DNA of 64,000 bases. Origin: Phoronis australis (lineage: Eukaryota > Animalia > Phoronida). Positions 27,193 to 41,065 of this stretch are shown piece after piece. The DNA lies in the NCBI GenBank assembly GCA_002633005.1, contig NMRA01000048.1:747397-811396 (forward strand), written 5' to 3'. The translations under genes and the position numbers were made by a program. The notes under the pieces were generated by a model. The model searched no databases and had not been told where the DNA came from. It saw only the letters and a program-made list of their open reading frames with translations. How positions within the stretch are numbered: the first letter of the stretch is position 1; each line of letters starts with the position of its first letter.

Positions 27193-28748
27193 GGGCAATT
27201 CCATTTGTGACGGACGTACAATCACAGAACGTTTTGATCAGTTGTGAAAAAATGTTCATCCTAGGAAAATAATTAATACATCACTTAATAGGTCTCACTG
27301 ATAGCTTTCAAAGCATGTATCAACTTTTCCCCTATCTTTTGATCTTACTGAGAAAATTGCCTTTAAAGGGGTGTGACGGACGTACGCATAGAATTTGATT
27401 TTAAAAAAAAAATTGTTAATGTGAATTCTCTGTGAGTTGCATTAAATTACATTTTTTTTTGTTTTACATGATGATATAGTAGAATGTTTACAAAGTACAC
27501 AACACTAATTTTTTGATATCTTTCAAGAAATGTTTGTCAGACAGCTCGATAGAGGTTGAGTTAGTATGACGGAGTGTACGTGATGGACGTACCATCTGAA
27601 TTTCTAGTATTAAATTGTTGTGACTAAGATATCAACTTAAAATGATTCAAGCTTTTGCAGTATTTAAGCCATATTGGTCTTTTGCTACTAATTCAATGTT
27701 TTTTAATTAAAATGTACTGATTGACCTTTCATACGAAATCATCACAGGTAGGCCTATGCTAGGAATATAGGATTTTAGCTTTTTAATACATTTGATTAAA
27801 GATATAAAACAACCACCTAAAATCTTCCCTTCCCTTTGAAGATGGTAAGCCATTTTGGTGGAAATGAGAGTGATAATCGTTTTGTATTTGACAACTATTA
27901 GTTACCAGGAAAACCTGTTTTTATGTGTTAAATAGAATAATAATTCAAGACGAATAAGTAAATGCAACTGTCAAAATATAAAATCTGAAATAAAATCTTA
28001 AAACATCACTAACCACTGTCATAAAAACACATTCTAATTAATTGTTTTTTAAATTAGAACTCTCCCTAAGCTTGCATAAAATTATTCTCTTGACCATACC
28101 ATTGATGGTTCTGCTGAATGCCATCTAAGCAATAATCATGGGTTTTTTAAAAAGTATTAGTAACAGGACTTCAGTATCTTCTTAAAACAAAGTGTGAAGC
28201 ATGCTTTAGTAGACAACATCGACTTTTGGCATTCATATTCAAATCACCTGTGCTGTCCGTGAAAGCAAGACATTTTTTAATTAATTGCATTTAGGATTAT
28301 GATTTAGGAATATGTAGAACTAACTAATTTTGATTGAAAACTTTTAGCGTAACTAAACTTTTTAACACTTTTTTGTGATGGACGTACGATACCATGATAT
28401 CCAGGAGTTGACCTTTGACCCCAAGAGGTCAATGATGTGTCAAAGTTGAAATGTTATTTTTTATAAAGTTTGGGGTTCATGTGATTGCACAAATTAGATA
28501 GTATAGTGAAATACCCATAATTAGCTTTTTTATGATAATAATTAGCAACTCACATGAAAATCAAGCTATTTTTTAGGGTCAGGTGACCCCAAAAATGGGT
28601 ACATTTTGGCAAAAAAATGAAAGTTATAGGACAGTCAAATATGGGTCCTGAAACTAGAGAGAGTGGGCTTTCAGATCAGACCAAAAATGTTAGTGCAGTC
28701 ACAATTTTAATTTTTTGTCTCGAGGTTGACCTTTTTACGGAATTGCCC
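27193..28748. mobile_element. Sola-like non-autonomous DNA transposon
   Basis: TIR GGGCAATTCC...GGAATTGCCC, exact 4-bp TSD AGAA on both sides, four internal TGA(C/T)GGACGTAC motifs. Confidence 0.7.
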
Positions 28749-29124
28749 AGAAGCAACTTGTGTGTGAATCCCACTATGTCAAGAATAAGCCACGAAGATT
28801 ACTCTGACAGAACAAGGTAACTTGACAGCAAAGTTGCCAAATCAAATTTGAATAAAAGCTGCTGATAGGTACTGACAGGGCAGGTGCACGAGTACAGCCA
28901 ATCACAATTTCCCGTCCGACTAAGCAAAGTAATGCAGTATGTCATTGGATGCAAAATTTTCCATCGGCAAAAAAATTAAAAGACGCCAAGGGGAACAGCT
29001 GCTATAGCCGCCACACAGTGTACTTCAGCCGATAATGGTAGTTAGGAATATGACAAAAAAATGTGCTTTTGTCTCCTTCAGCCAGCTGCTTTTTGTCGTA
29101 GATATCCTATTTTTTCATTCTCAG

Positions 29125-29163
29125 ATGTCTGCAACTATGAATTTCATGAGCTGTCCAGAACTT
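29125..29163 (+). other. Probable 5' leader exon of ENKD1 (39 nt)
   Basis: Strong acceptor ttttttcattctcag and donor gtaagt; next acceptor cttcattgcag at 29986 lies 18 nt before the ENKD1 ATG. Confidence 0.55.
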
Positions 29164-30004
29164 GTAAGTGTGATGTCAAATCCGCAAAAGTGATTGGGAC
29201 TTTGGCTTGGTAGCAAATGGCAACCTCCCTATTTTCATAGCAATGAGGGCTTTTGAGGATGGATAAATCTTCCTGTTAGAAGAATTTTCTGTCACGTAGT
29301 TGTAACCAGTTTATGTTAATGACTACTAAAAAGTTGATTTGGTTATATTTTTGATTACAAAATTAATGACAACGTCCCTTAAAAACCTTTGCTGAGAAGA
29401 GTGGGAGGTTTGTTGTTAATAACTTAGTTTGTCACTGTAGTGTATTCCGGTTGTTGATTTCCAATAATGTCCTACCCAGCACCACCTGATGTCCCCTTTG
29501 ACGAACAGGCTTCAAAATGAATCTGGCTCAGACCAGAACCAATCATAATATTGTCTGGCCTAACATGCATTCGTATATGTGGAAACTTGTACATCAGGGA
29601 TGCATACCAAAGACCCAGTGCATTTCTATTAGCTCTCCAACCAGTCACTTTTGTGACCACAATTTTATGAGGTTGCACTAGTTTAAAGGTCTTGAGCATT
29701 TTTGCGAAACACTTGCCTTTTAGTAGAATGAGTGTTCATGTCACTGACTCCGTTACCTTTTGGACTCATGAAATTTATTGAAACCACTAGCTTTTGTCTT
29801 AAGATCTTTGTCAATTGGAATGATGGGAAACTGGAGCCTTGCCCGTGTCTGTTGGGCCATAAAGGACAGGAGCGCTGCCCTGTTCTAATACTATTAAATA
29901 GCACACAATTTTGGGGAACTGGAATTTTGTTATGTAGCTTGTACTTATTTACAAAGTGAATAGCATTGTTCTGATCTTCATTGCAGTGACCACACCACTT
30001 TGTA

Positions 30005-33000
30005 ATGGCATCTAAGCTAAGTGGTCCCATACCCCAGCACCCTATGTTTGGGGGGCAGAACGGCTACAGCCGACCTGCCCCTAGGGTGAAGCCAGAGGCA
30101 GAGAGTATCGCGTCCATGCACAAGGGGTCTGTTGGGAATCTGTTGGAGGTTCAAGGCACAGGAGTTGGTTACTATTCATCTTCACAAAAACAAAGTAAGT
30201 ATCACCAGTGTTGACCCTGGTTAACATTGGTCATCTTCTAGTTAAAAATGAGACAATGGGTTACAGTAAAAATTCACCATTTTGGGACTGAAAAGTTTTT
30301 TATTTTGCCCAACTTGAGATATTGTACCAAATTTTACACGATATAGGAATGTATTAAAATGTTGTGTGAACAAATATTTTGTGTGGTTTTAAGTTTTATG
30401 AACTGCCAAGTCTATATTCAGATTATGTTGCCTGTACAAATTGCACTGCCCTATGTTTCCAGTACAAATCTCACTGCCCCCTATGTTGCCAGTACAAATC
30501 GCACTGCCCCCTATGCTTGAGAAATGTAATAAACGCCAAAATCACCCATGCCGCAGTCTTCAGAGTCAAAAAATATAATGTTGGAGCTGAATTAAAAATG
30601 TATCTTGACTTTCCATGTGTTATTTGTTGAATCTGTGTCACTAATCTGTTAAAATGTTATTAAACAACATCAAAGTGGTGAAGCACTAAAATTTGACTGT
30701 AATCACTACGGTCTATTTATTGGGCATCTTCAATCATGAAAGTGGTAGAAGACAGTGAACAATTAGATATTTGAAATGTGTGTGTGACTTACATATCTTT
30801 TTTACCTCTTTCTTCAGCTTGCAGCTTTGATTTTAACGTGATAAATTATGCTGCATATAAAAATAATAACATTTTAATTAGCGTATTTAGAGTTTTCAAA
30901 TATTTAAAAATATTTGTAAAGTAACTACATTGTTGTTGTTGTGTTTAGAATCACAACCAGTCAACCACCTTAACGCTAACTATAAGAGAATGAAGCAGAT
31001 ACAAAAAGCCTGTCGGCAGCGTGAACAGGAATCTAACAAGCCAGTTAAAGCGCTGTGGAAGTCAGAAAAATTCAGCAATGTCCAGTCCAAGGTTGCTGAA
31101 AACTTACAGGTAGGCTGTGAATTAGTTTCAACAATTTCAAGTCATTGGTCTTGTTACTTGATTGTTCACACTGCTATGGTTAAGTTAAGGCAATCCGCTC
31201 AGATTAGGGTGGAGGAGCTTTCCTGGAAAACTAAAAGTTCTGGCTAGGCCAATGAAAACTCTGCCCTTGATTCTTACATCCTTAACAAAGGAGAGTTTTA
31301 TCGCTGTGTAAGCCAGGACGGCTCTATTCATTGTTTCATATCATTAAATATGCCTAAGTGTCTGAGTGCAATGTTCATGGCCGACACACTTTTAATGCAC
31401 ATCACATTTTTCTTTTTGAATAGCTGTCACTAACATTTCTTATGCTGGTATATTGTAGAGGGAGCCACCTCCTCCCCGACCTGGATCAGCCAACTTCCTG
31501 AGGGCTCATTCAAGGACTGGCTCCTATTCAAGAATCTCACGTTCTCCCAGTCCATGCCGGAAGGAACCACGGCCAGAAAAATTAACGGTTCCCAGGGCCT
31601 CCAGCGCTCAAGACGTAAGTAACAAAACATAGTCTGTCAAGTACAGTATGTTTAACAAGGCAATTAAAGTGCACCTTCTGTCCATAATCAACTTTTCAAT
31701 TAGTTCACTGACTGTAATAAAATCGGCCACAAAAGCATAAATTTTTCACATCGAACGGTACATGAATCGTGAGCACTTTTTAATGATTTTTTATGCTAAA
31801 CATGATGAATGATTCATGTAATGTGATTGGCTTATAGTGTTCAAGCAGTGGAAAAGGTGACCAATGAGCACATCTTACTCGGCAGCAGAAATGATAGTTA
31901 TGATTGTGAAGACTGTCACATTGCTTCAATTAATCAGTTTAATAGTTTTGATGAGAGACAAAGTGTCCTTAGGCACTGTGAGATTAGCTAAAGGAACTGA
32001 TTGTAAACTCAGGTAAGCTCAAAAAATAATTTACACCTACTGTGTACATTCCATTTAGGGTGTGAGCTTGTCCGTCTGCAAATAGGGGCGCTGTTACTGC
32101 GGACAGCCATGCTATGAGTATGCACTGTCTCAGATGATGTGTTTACATTGCAGCCTCCCGTTTGATTTCAAGCGGTGATAAGTTCTGACTGAGTGAAATG
32201 TGCCTGAGCATTGGTTATTCCACCTTCTGCATTATTATCATTTGCTTAACAAACAAGGCCTACCCTTGTGAATGAGTTCAGTGTCTCACTGAAATGGGTT
32301 CTTGATAAAGATACAACAGTCACTCTATCTCTATGTTGCAGTTGAGGTTGGTTCGTAACGACTTTGATTTTATCAAGATCAACGGTGTGCAGGCCCGACA
32401 CACCCAAGTGAAGAGGGCGCCCAGTGCTATGGCTCTCTCTGAGGTACAGAGGAAGAAAGATGAGGAACTTCAAAACTATGAAAAAGGACAGATTCCCAAA
32501 TAGTACGTACATGGGATTTTTAAAGATGAGACGTCTCTAAAGTTGGTCCAAAGTCTTAGATAACATTTGGCACACAATTTGGGCAACAAGTGAAATGTCT
32601 GACACACAATATGGCCGACAAGTGAATATCTATTTTGTCAAGTTTCTCCACAGAAATAAACATAAAGCAAAATTTAGTCTGTTACTAGCATGGTTTGTAC
32701 TGTGTAGATGTCATAAAACAACATTATTTGTAGCAAAGTAATCGAAATTTGAAAAATGGAGCTATGATACTTTTTACAATTATTCTTTTTGTGCGAAATA
32801 AGTGGAGACTTACTGATGAGTACACAAAGCATAATTTGGAGTATCACGTTGTTGATTATAAGTTTGGAAGTCCTTCTGTACACACTCTGTCCATCAACCT
32901 TCTAACAACATATTGTAAGTCCTTCTGTACACACTCTGTCCATCAACCTTCTAACAACATATTGTAAGTCCTTCTGTACACACTCTGTCCATCAACCTTC

Positions 33001-36000
33001 TAACAACATATTGTAAGTCCTTTTGTACACACTCTGTCCATCAACCTTCTAACAACATATTGTAAGTCCTTCTGTACACACTCTGTCCATCAACCTTCTA
33101 ACAACATATTGTAAGTTCTTCTGTACACACTCTGTCCATCAACCTTCTAACAACATATTGGAAGTCCTTCTGTACACACTCTGTCCATCAACCTTCTAAC
33201 AACATATTGGAAGTTCTTCTGTACACACTCTGTCCATCAACTTGCTAACAACATATTGTAAGTAACAGCTCCAAGAGAACATTGAAGCCAGTAAAAGTGA
33301 CATTTTAGATGCAATTCCTAGCAGCATTTTGCAGGCAAGCATAGTGTCCAAAGATTTAATGTGAATCTGATCAGCCATTTTGTGTTCCCAAGTTTACCAA
33401 ATGTGGACGGCCCTGCATACCCCTAATGTTTTTATCAGAAATTTTACCTTATTTTAATCTCTGTTATTGAGAATTATTTTGCTTGTATTTATGAACACGT
33501 CTATATAGGTTCATTTAAAATGCAAGTTACTTGTCATTTGTAAAGTATTTCTGGTGTTTTCACGAAAACTGAATTAAAATTAAACTACTTTTTGGAAATA
33601 ATTGTTAGTTGCGTAAGACAAAATTTGACGTGTTAAACTGCAGGTCAGTCGTTCATCATGTTTTGCAATTTTTGACTTCGTGATGCTTTGATGCTTTTAA
33701 CACACTGAGGGAATTAATTTACAATGCTTTAAAGTATATAATACTAATGTATATATATATGTATATTTTTTTTTGAAAACTTATATCCTAGTAGATTAGA
33801 ATAATTGTGACAGGTTTTAATGCTGAAGTTGGCATTGTGACTGGAATAACACTCAACATTGACACAAGTCATATTTGTACTCCAAGGTCTTTGTAAAACA
33901 ACTTAATTAATATTTCAATAGTAGTATGTGCTATGTTTACACACTGTGATTATAAATGAAGTGGAATTTGCTTTGTATTGACATGCTAATTGCGTCAACT
34001 TTCAATGCAACCTAAATATGTCAATCAACAGCAAAAAGTTTCATATTTAAAAGCAGAGTGATGTAAATATAACGATGAACACCAACAATGTATCATGTGA
34101 TCATCATGTGATGTATATGTTTCATTATCAAAGTTTACTACAGACCTAAGGCAGAAATTTGGTCTTAAACTCTCGCTTTGCAATTGCTGAAAAAAGGTTT
34201 GTCAAGTAATTATGAGCGCATCACAGAAATAACTTAGTAACTAGCAGTTATTTGTATATTCACAGAAACTACGGACTTTTGCTCAAATGAGATTTAATTA
34301 TTTTTAGAACAGCTGTGTGGAGCATAAGACCACATTTTTAGTCTTAAGTCACTTTCATGAAAGAGATTCCTAGGTCCTGAATCTGATTTCTGTAGTTGAA
34401 AACTGACCAGTTCTGTGGTATGCTTCGAGTAAACGTACAAATTAGTACTTGATAAATGAGATTTGATTAGCTAAGGTGTGAGTTTGGGCCACGATGAAAT
34501 GACATTTTAAAGACAATACTAAAGGTGTGGTATTTATGAATAATTGATAATACTTCGGATTACCCAGTATGTTTTGGCAGTGTCACTATGTTTATATTCA
34601 AAGCTCTACTGATTTCTGGTGTGACAGGATTAAATTTCTGCTCGATGGATTGCCTTTGGGTGGAGTGTGTTAAAACTTTGCGTAGAGAAAAACGTTGTTG
34701 ACCCATGCATAAAAGCAGCCAAGACAGTTAAGTAATAGCAAAATAAACAAATATTATGTTCTAAATATATGTAGTGATGTGATTGAAAAGGAATCATCAA
34801 GTAAGTACACTTGTTCCGCTCAGTCAGTTTGGAGAGGCTAAGGTTTTATTAGCAGGGTATTTGTAATTATTTCTTGGGGTGTCTGCTTGCAAACTTTTCT
34901 CTTCCTCCGTTTAGTCACAGGCTATTGTTTAAGACTTTGACCTTTCATGTCATAAGAGGCTTTGCACACCAACTGCCCAAGCATGATCAGTCAAAGACAG
35001 CAATTTCCTCTTCACAATATGTTGTATATCTGGGCCTCCTAGTCTTTCTTGCACTCAAAGATGGGGTCTAACTTACTACCTATTGGGTGCTTTCTGTTCT
35101 ATCTACCGGAGATCATTGTTGATTCTCACCATTACAGCATCCTTTGCGACCCAACTGCTTCAGCAGACATACTGTTTTACAAGAAATTAAAAGTAATTGA
35201 AGCTCTATCTAGTGACACTGTTCCAGGCGCACCAGTACGAGTATTCATCAGAAACAAGTGTAATCATGAGATGTAATTCTTTTGTCAGGTTCAACGAAAG
35301 TTTATCCTCGTAATATAGATCTGGGTCAGTTGCATAAAATTTCCATTTTTGTCTACACACTGGTCAGTTAACGTTGATGGTACTATGATGTCACCAGTAT
35401 TGTTTGAAGTGGTTATGACCCTGCCTAATGTCACAAAAAAGCAATGTTTAATTTAGACCATCTTAGGGATATTTTTGACCAGGTTTGAACCTGTGCCCTT
35501 TGGGTGCACCTGATGATAAAAAGCGTGCCTTTTTTCAAAAAGTTGTGCCCAGCAGACTTAATGTAATTAAACTGGTAACATATGAAACAGAAACCCCAAG
35601 GGCAATCTAAATTAAAACAGTCATGTTCATAATTATAAAAGTTGCATCTTTATTTAAAAAATCCTTAAAAAGTGTCCAAAAGTTTAAAGTTGACTGTCGC
35701 TTTGCTATTCTTCTGTCTGACAGCTCCTAAAGCAGACGTCGCTTAGTGCATGTGATGTCACGTCCTCTGTCGGAGGATAATTGAATGTCAAGGTCGCAGC
35801 TGGAGCTGAGCAGTGCATTGTCATTTATCGATAGGACGGTCAAATATTGGAAAACCTAAATGACCTGTTAACTTGGTCTCACTTTAATGAAATCTGCGAC
35901 CTATATATTACACAACTGGCTGTAAGTCTGTAAGTTGTCTAGAATTTTGCATTTCTGAAGGAGTGCTGCATTTTAAAAGATGCGCCTGGGGGCACACTGC

Positions 36001-37452
36001 TGCTATGTACTTGCACCTTGTTATTTTTATGCCCTAATGGCGCAAAGGTGCAGTACAGGAATATCCCTGCCATCTTCTGTTATGAAATTGGTCTAATATA
36101 GTTCTTTAGTTAAGGTAGGTGCAATTTTTGGGTTTTGAAAGAATTGACAGTTAGTTATTAATTGAAACCAGGCTTTTATAAGTTGGCTTGTCACTGAGTG
36201 TCAAAATATTCACCGAGCACGGTTACCCTAGAGCAGTTACGAATTGTCAGCATTTTGTGCGACCAAAAACTGTTTTTCACCTGAACAATGATGAAGTTGA
36301 GACTAACTTTATAGTGTTAAATGGTGTCAATCAAACGTTAAGTGGTGTCAATCAAACATTAAGTGGTGTCAATCAAACGTTAATTGGTGTCAATCAAAAT
36401 TTGGTTTCTTCGACAGAACTGTTGACTGGTTTAATGTGGTAATGTGGTACACACAACCCAAAAGTAATTTACGATGCTCTGTATCACGCGGTGTTTAATT
36501 GCATTAATTCTCCACTTATTTATCATAAAAATAATTGCCAAATTTGTCATTTTTCAGTTTTTATAAATCTGAATACTTAACCACAAATAATGGAAGTTTT
36601 ACACAATATTTTTTATGAAATCCACACAGTACAAACGATGCCAGTTGAGGCAAAAATTTTCTTAATCTTTATTTTTGTGGAGAAATTTGACGAAATAGAA
36701 ATTCACTTCTCGGCCATATTGTGTGCTAAGTATGTGAAGACTTACCGTTAAATTTGCAGTCTACAAGACAGGAAAAAGCAGTGGCAACGGGATGAGCAGG
36801 AGAGGATCGCTAACATGCCAGACCCAGAGTTACCTTCGGGGCACAAGGTGATGCCTGACAGTGAGCGACGAGAGACGCTAGAGCTGTTAAAGAAAAGTGA
36901 GTACAACATTGACAGATTGTGATTTGGTTTAACATGAATTTCTGGTCCTTTTTGTCATAAAATGGCGACTAGTATCTTTATGTACTCAAAATAATAATAC
37001 AAACATGCGTTAGGACTTTTTTCTTCCATCGTTTACAGTCTCTCGTTTAATGTTAACTCTTCCACTGGATCATCAAAGCAATGTTTAATGTTAACTCTTC
37101 CACTGGATCATCAAAGCAATGTTTAATGTTAACTCTTCCACTGGATCATCAAAGCAATGTTTAATGTTAACTCTTCCACTGGATCATCAAAGCAATGTAA
37201 ATTTATAATATGTGTCTTAAAAATGTTCTGTAACACTTAATGGTATTTTTTAATATCTCAAGTTTTATGCCCACATTTGTTGAATTTATAGATGAAGGAG
37301 ATTTGCTGAGAGAACTACAGTCTTTGCCAATCCGAAGTGATACCTTGCGAGTTAAAACGAGGAAACAAGAGCTGGAAAAGAAACTCAATGACATTGAGGA
37401 GGCCAAGAAGATATTCTCTCGAAGAAAAGTGTTCATTAAGATAGATGAATGA
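30005..37452 (+). CDS. ENKD1: Enkurin domain-containing protein 1, 6 coding exons, 321 aa
   Basis: Exons 30005-30194, 30949-31109, 31459-31614, 32342-32502, 36760-36896, 37292-37452; GT-AG, phases compatible, 966 nt. Motifs LSGPIP, KALWKSEKF, NFLRAHSR, DFIKIN, KGQIPKYL, PDPELPSGHKVMPDSERRETL and C-terminal KIFSRRKVFIKIDE match ENKD1/enkurin domain. AATAAA at 37460 and 37928. Confidence 0.93.
32868..33263. repeat. 49-bp tandem repeat x8
   Basis: AAGTCCTTCTGTACACACTCTGTCCATCAACCTTCTAACAACATATTGT units, no spacers. Confidence 0.95.
35464..36069. mobile_element. MITE with 6-bp TSD in ENKD1 intron
   Basis: TAGGGATATTT...AAATATCCCTG; flanked by CCATCT on both sides. Confidence 0.7.
36318..36398. 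repeat. 21-bp tandem repeat x4
   Basis: TTAAGTGGTGTCAATCAAACG units. Confidence 0.85.
37045..37198. repeat. 38-bp tandem repeat x4
   Basis: TTTAATGTTAACTCTTCCACTGGATCATCAAAGCAATG units. Confidence 0.9.
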
Positions 37453-38946
37453 TCGCAGTAATAAAAGGAATTCTATGTCATGCTAGAATGTCCAACTACT
37501 TGTTCTGGTAAAACTATTTTTTGGTTCAACAAAAGCGAGTCATGAAGTGGTTCTTTACTTTCATGTCTGAAAAATATTTTTCATCGTTCAAAGTTTCTTC
37601 CATGTATTGAGTTGCTATAACAACAGATAAAACTTTGTCCTCAACTCTTTTCATTCACCATACTATTCAGTGCCTTTCTTTTTGCTTAAAGTATGCTTTC
37701 AGCTGACATTTCACATTCCTTCTGATGTTCCGATCAACGTAGAATAATTCAATAGACTTTGTTAAAAAGTCGCATTGGTCTGTTGAATTGGAAGTTTTTT
37801 AATCACCACGATTCGCAGTAACTGTTATAGAAAGTAAAAATGTTTCTCAAGTTTTTCCATTAATTATGATGCTAGACTGTTAATGGAGTACTTGTCTTGT
37901 GTCTACTCAAGTTTTGCAAGTAGTGCCAATAAAAAACTAAAATCCGTGGTACTGTGAAAATGCCTTAATTTCCATTCCTCATTGTGCCTGTCTTTGTACC
38001 TTGAGGAGGAGTGCACGTCAAAACACGTCGGGAAAATGAAGTTGTGTACTGTTTGGCTATTTATTAAATGTTTGACTGTGCTTCTGCTGAACAGTCTTGA
38101 AATTACTGTTGATCTATCATACTGTCTTTGAATAATGTATTGTGTAAGCTAATTGTTAAATATTCTTGTGATAATGATTATTACATATCGTTGAAAATTA
38201 ATTAGCATCTCTGGATTTCTGGTCACATGATAAATCCTGACATGCAAGGTTCTTGACTATGGTTGCTGTTACTGATGCATGCGTCTGCTTCAAGTAGGAT
38301 ACTTTATTAATATCTTAGAATTTGTCCCACTTTTTAATCTTTTAAAGCTGATATAAACCCCTTTAGTCAAGAAACTATGATTTTGACCACATGAAATTGG
38401 TATCAACTTGTTTTTTAGATACAAGTTAGGAGCGAGATTGGAAATAACTGTCACTTTATTATTCCTTGAGAATTTGCACAAGGAGTGGTCTAAATCAATT
38501 TCATTGTCATAATGTGTGTTTATGGTAGCTTCAAAAACAAATCAAACTCAGAATGAACATCTAAACAGTTCTTTGCTCTGAATTTAGTGATGTGATCAAA
38601 CCAACAGCCTGAAAGGTGTGGAAAATTCGTTCTATTAAAAATAAGTCCATAAAGTTGCATGAGAAAGGAACCACAAGTCTTTTAATGTTGTTGATGATTT
38701 ATGTAAATATTTGTCCAAATGTACATGATGCTCTGTGCAACTAGTCTTACGCACAGTAAAACAGTGACAGAATATTGATTGTTCATTGATCTGGTCTTGT
38801 GATAAAGTAGTTTATAGATATATTTTTGTTTCTCCTTAACTTGATTTATGAACGCATTAGTTGTTCGTGTAGATAGTTTGGAATTTCTGTGATTAATTTT
38901 ATGATCTGCAGTTTATGATTTTGATGTAAAACTGTATAAAAGTGTA

Positions 38947-39255
38947 CGGTGGCTGATCTAGGATACCTTGAGGGGGGCCCAACATGTTGCCTCGGGGGAA
39001 TTGGGCAAAGCGCGAGTGTATGTGCACAGGCGCCTGAAAGTGGGGGGGTCGAGGCTGTGAACCTTCTGTTTGGAAAATTTGGCAGTGGACTAAAAAAAAA
39101 AACGGGAACAACACTATTCCGCTGCCATCTGAGCACCCCTCATCTGCTACCGGTCCTAGTTCCTTAACTCAATATTTACTCATGCTTCACACTGTTGCTG
39201 TTTCATTTTTCTTGCAGCAGCCAAGGTGGGGCGGGCCCTCTGGCCCCCCCCCCTC
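38947..39255 (+). mobile_element. MITE family copy B
   Basis: Shares GATCTAGGATACC, CAACATGTTG, GGGGAATTGGGCAAAGCGC, GTGAACCTTC, CTACCGGTCCTA, CTGTTGCTGTT with 8348-8652. Confidence 0.65.
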
Positions 39256-40765
39256 CCTGAGGTGTAATGGAAAGGACTTTGTGATTATGTTGAGACGACA
39301 CAATCTGACAGTTGCATGATTTTGATATTTTCAGCTATGTGTAGGTCAGATGCACATATTACGTTGGTGGGTATTTTTAACACACTGAATAACATTGAAT
39401 ATAAGTTAGACCTAAGCAACAAGTTTACCGTGGTAATATGACCCGGAATTCCCTGTCCTGGTGGCCAAGTGCAAGGCTAGCTCAATTCACCGTTGTAATG
39501 GCTGAGTACTAGCTCAATTCACCGTTGTAATGGCCGAGTGCAAGATCAATTCACCGTCATAGTCACCATCATAGTAGTTAGAATTTGTGACCTGTCAGAT
39601 CATTTCTTGTCGTGACAGGAAATCTGCATTTCAACTGATTACTTTTGGCGTGTACTACTGTAACTGTCGTATTTTCAGCATGACCACAAAACTGTAGAGG
39701 CCGAGTAGCATGACTTGTGTGAATTCAAGTTCAAACTACAGGGTGCGAGCAAATGCTGAAATTTTGTTTCCTGTGATGTAATCCTATGAAGTTGTAAATA
39801 ATGTTACAGACAGACTTATTTAAATGTGTGAAACTTCTTACTAGAACTATATTGCTCAACAATGTTTTTTGTAATCATGAACAATGTGGTGGAAAATACA
39901 CCTCTATAACTTGTTTCATTTTCATTGTTGCTTTTGTTTTGATTGCGCATTGATTGGGCTTAAACAGATTTATGTGTGATATTAGCTTGAAAATCAATGC
40001 CTTATCTTATTGTAAATTATGCCTTGATGTCTACAATTATGGATTTGCTTTCAAGATCGCAGAATTTTCCCTTATTCATAGATCAAAAATTGGAAAAATG
40101 TCACCATTTTTCTAACAAGTCGCAATATTCTAAATTATGAAGATCTTGTAGTTTAGCACAAAGAAATAAAGAGTGCAATCCAGAATTTTATATTCAAAAC
40201 TTGGAGTGACATCAGAGAAGCAGTATCACTCTCCAATCACATTTAAACTATCCGTACTCGTTTTGATTAATGTCCAGTCCGTGTAAACTGGAAAATTCAA
40301 TGATCGGAAATTTGGCAGTAAGCGATGCATGGGCATTTACAAATGGGTTTTTTGAGGAGACTTAGATTGCTGAAAGGTTGAGTTGCACACACAAACGCTT
40401 TGGCCATTTTTGGAAACAAGTACATTTTAGTATTAGAATGCGCACGAGTCAAAACTATTTCACGTCTCCTGCATAAGTGAGTATAATCCCATGCGAATAT
40501 GGCAATGTGACATTGAAACTTCATTGCCCAGGGAAAAGCGATCTATGCACATTTTGGTTCACCTGAAATTCTCATTTTCAGAAGACCTTTCACTAAATAC
40601 AGGTCATGCATGGGCATTAAAGTTGGGATTTAAATTTCGGAGGTGGACAACTGAACATTAAAGTAAACACTGACTACTTACGAGTACGATGTATTAATAA
40701 GGTTCACCACTGGAATGTGTGGCAACTTATAAGAAAGTAATTGAGAAGCACCCTGTTAAGAAACG

Positions 40766-40811
<46 letters not shown>
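40766..40811. repeat. (CA)n(TA)n microsatellite
   Basis: Direct reading. Confidence 0.95.
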
Positions 40812-41065
40812 AGCAAAAGTTGCACCATATTACTTCGCACAACATAAAAATCAAAGTATATAAAAACCCTGTCACCTGAAAGCAACCATTCAAATATACA
40901 AAAATATTATCATTTTCACCCATAATGCTCAGTCCCAGCTACCCCACTGAAAAAAGTATTAGGCAATGTGTACATGATAAAATTCATTAATTTTGTCTGA
41001 AGTGAAGGAATTGACTACACGTCAAATATAAAATTCAAAAAACAAACACTACTAAACAAGTGGTA

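Noticed and set aside
32868-33263. CRISPR-like regular repeats (also 16911, 37045, 48870)
   Set aside because: Head-to-tail minisatellites with no unique spacers, no cas genes, eukaryotic introns.
34874-35430. Possible LINE endonuclease remnant (LPIGCFLFYLP); similar hints at 26930 (WWDCLP) and 43470-43930
   Set aside because: Motifs too degraded to support a call without a search.
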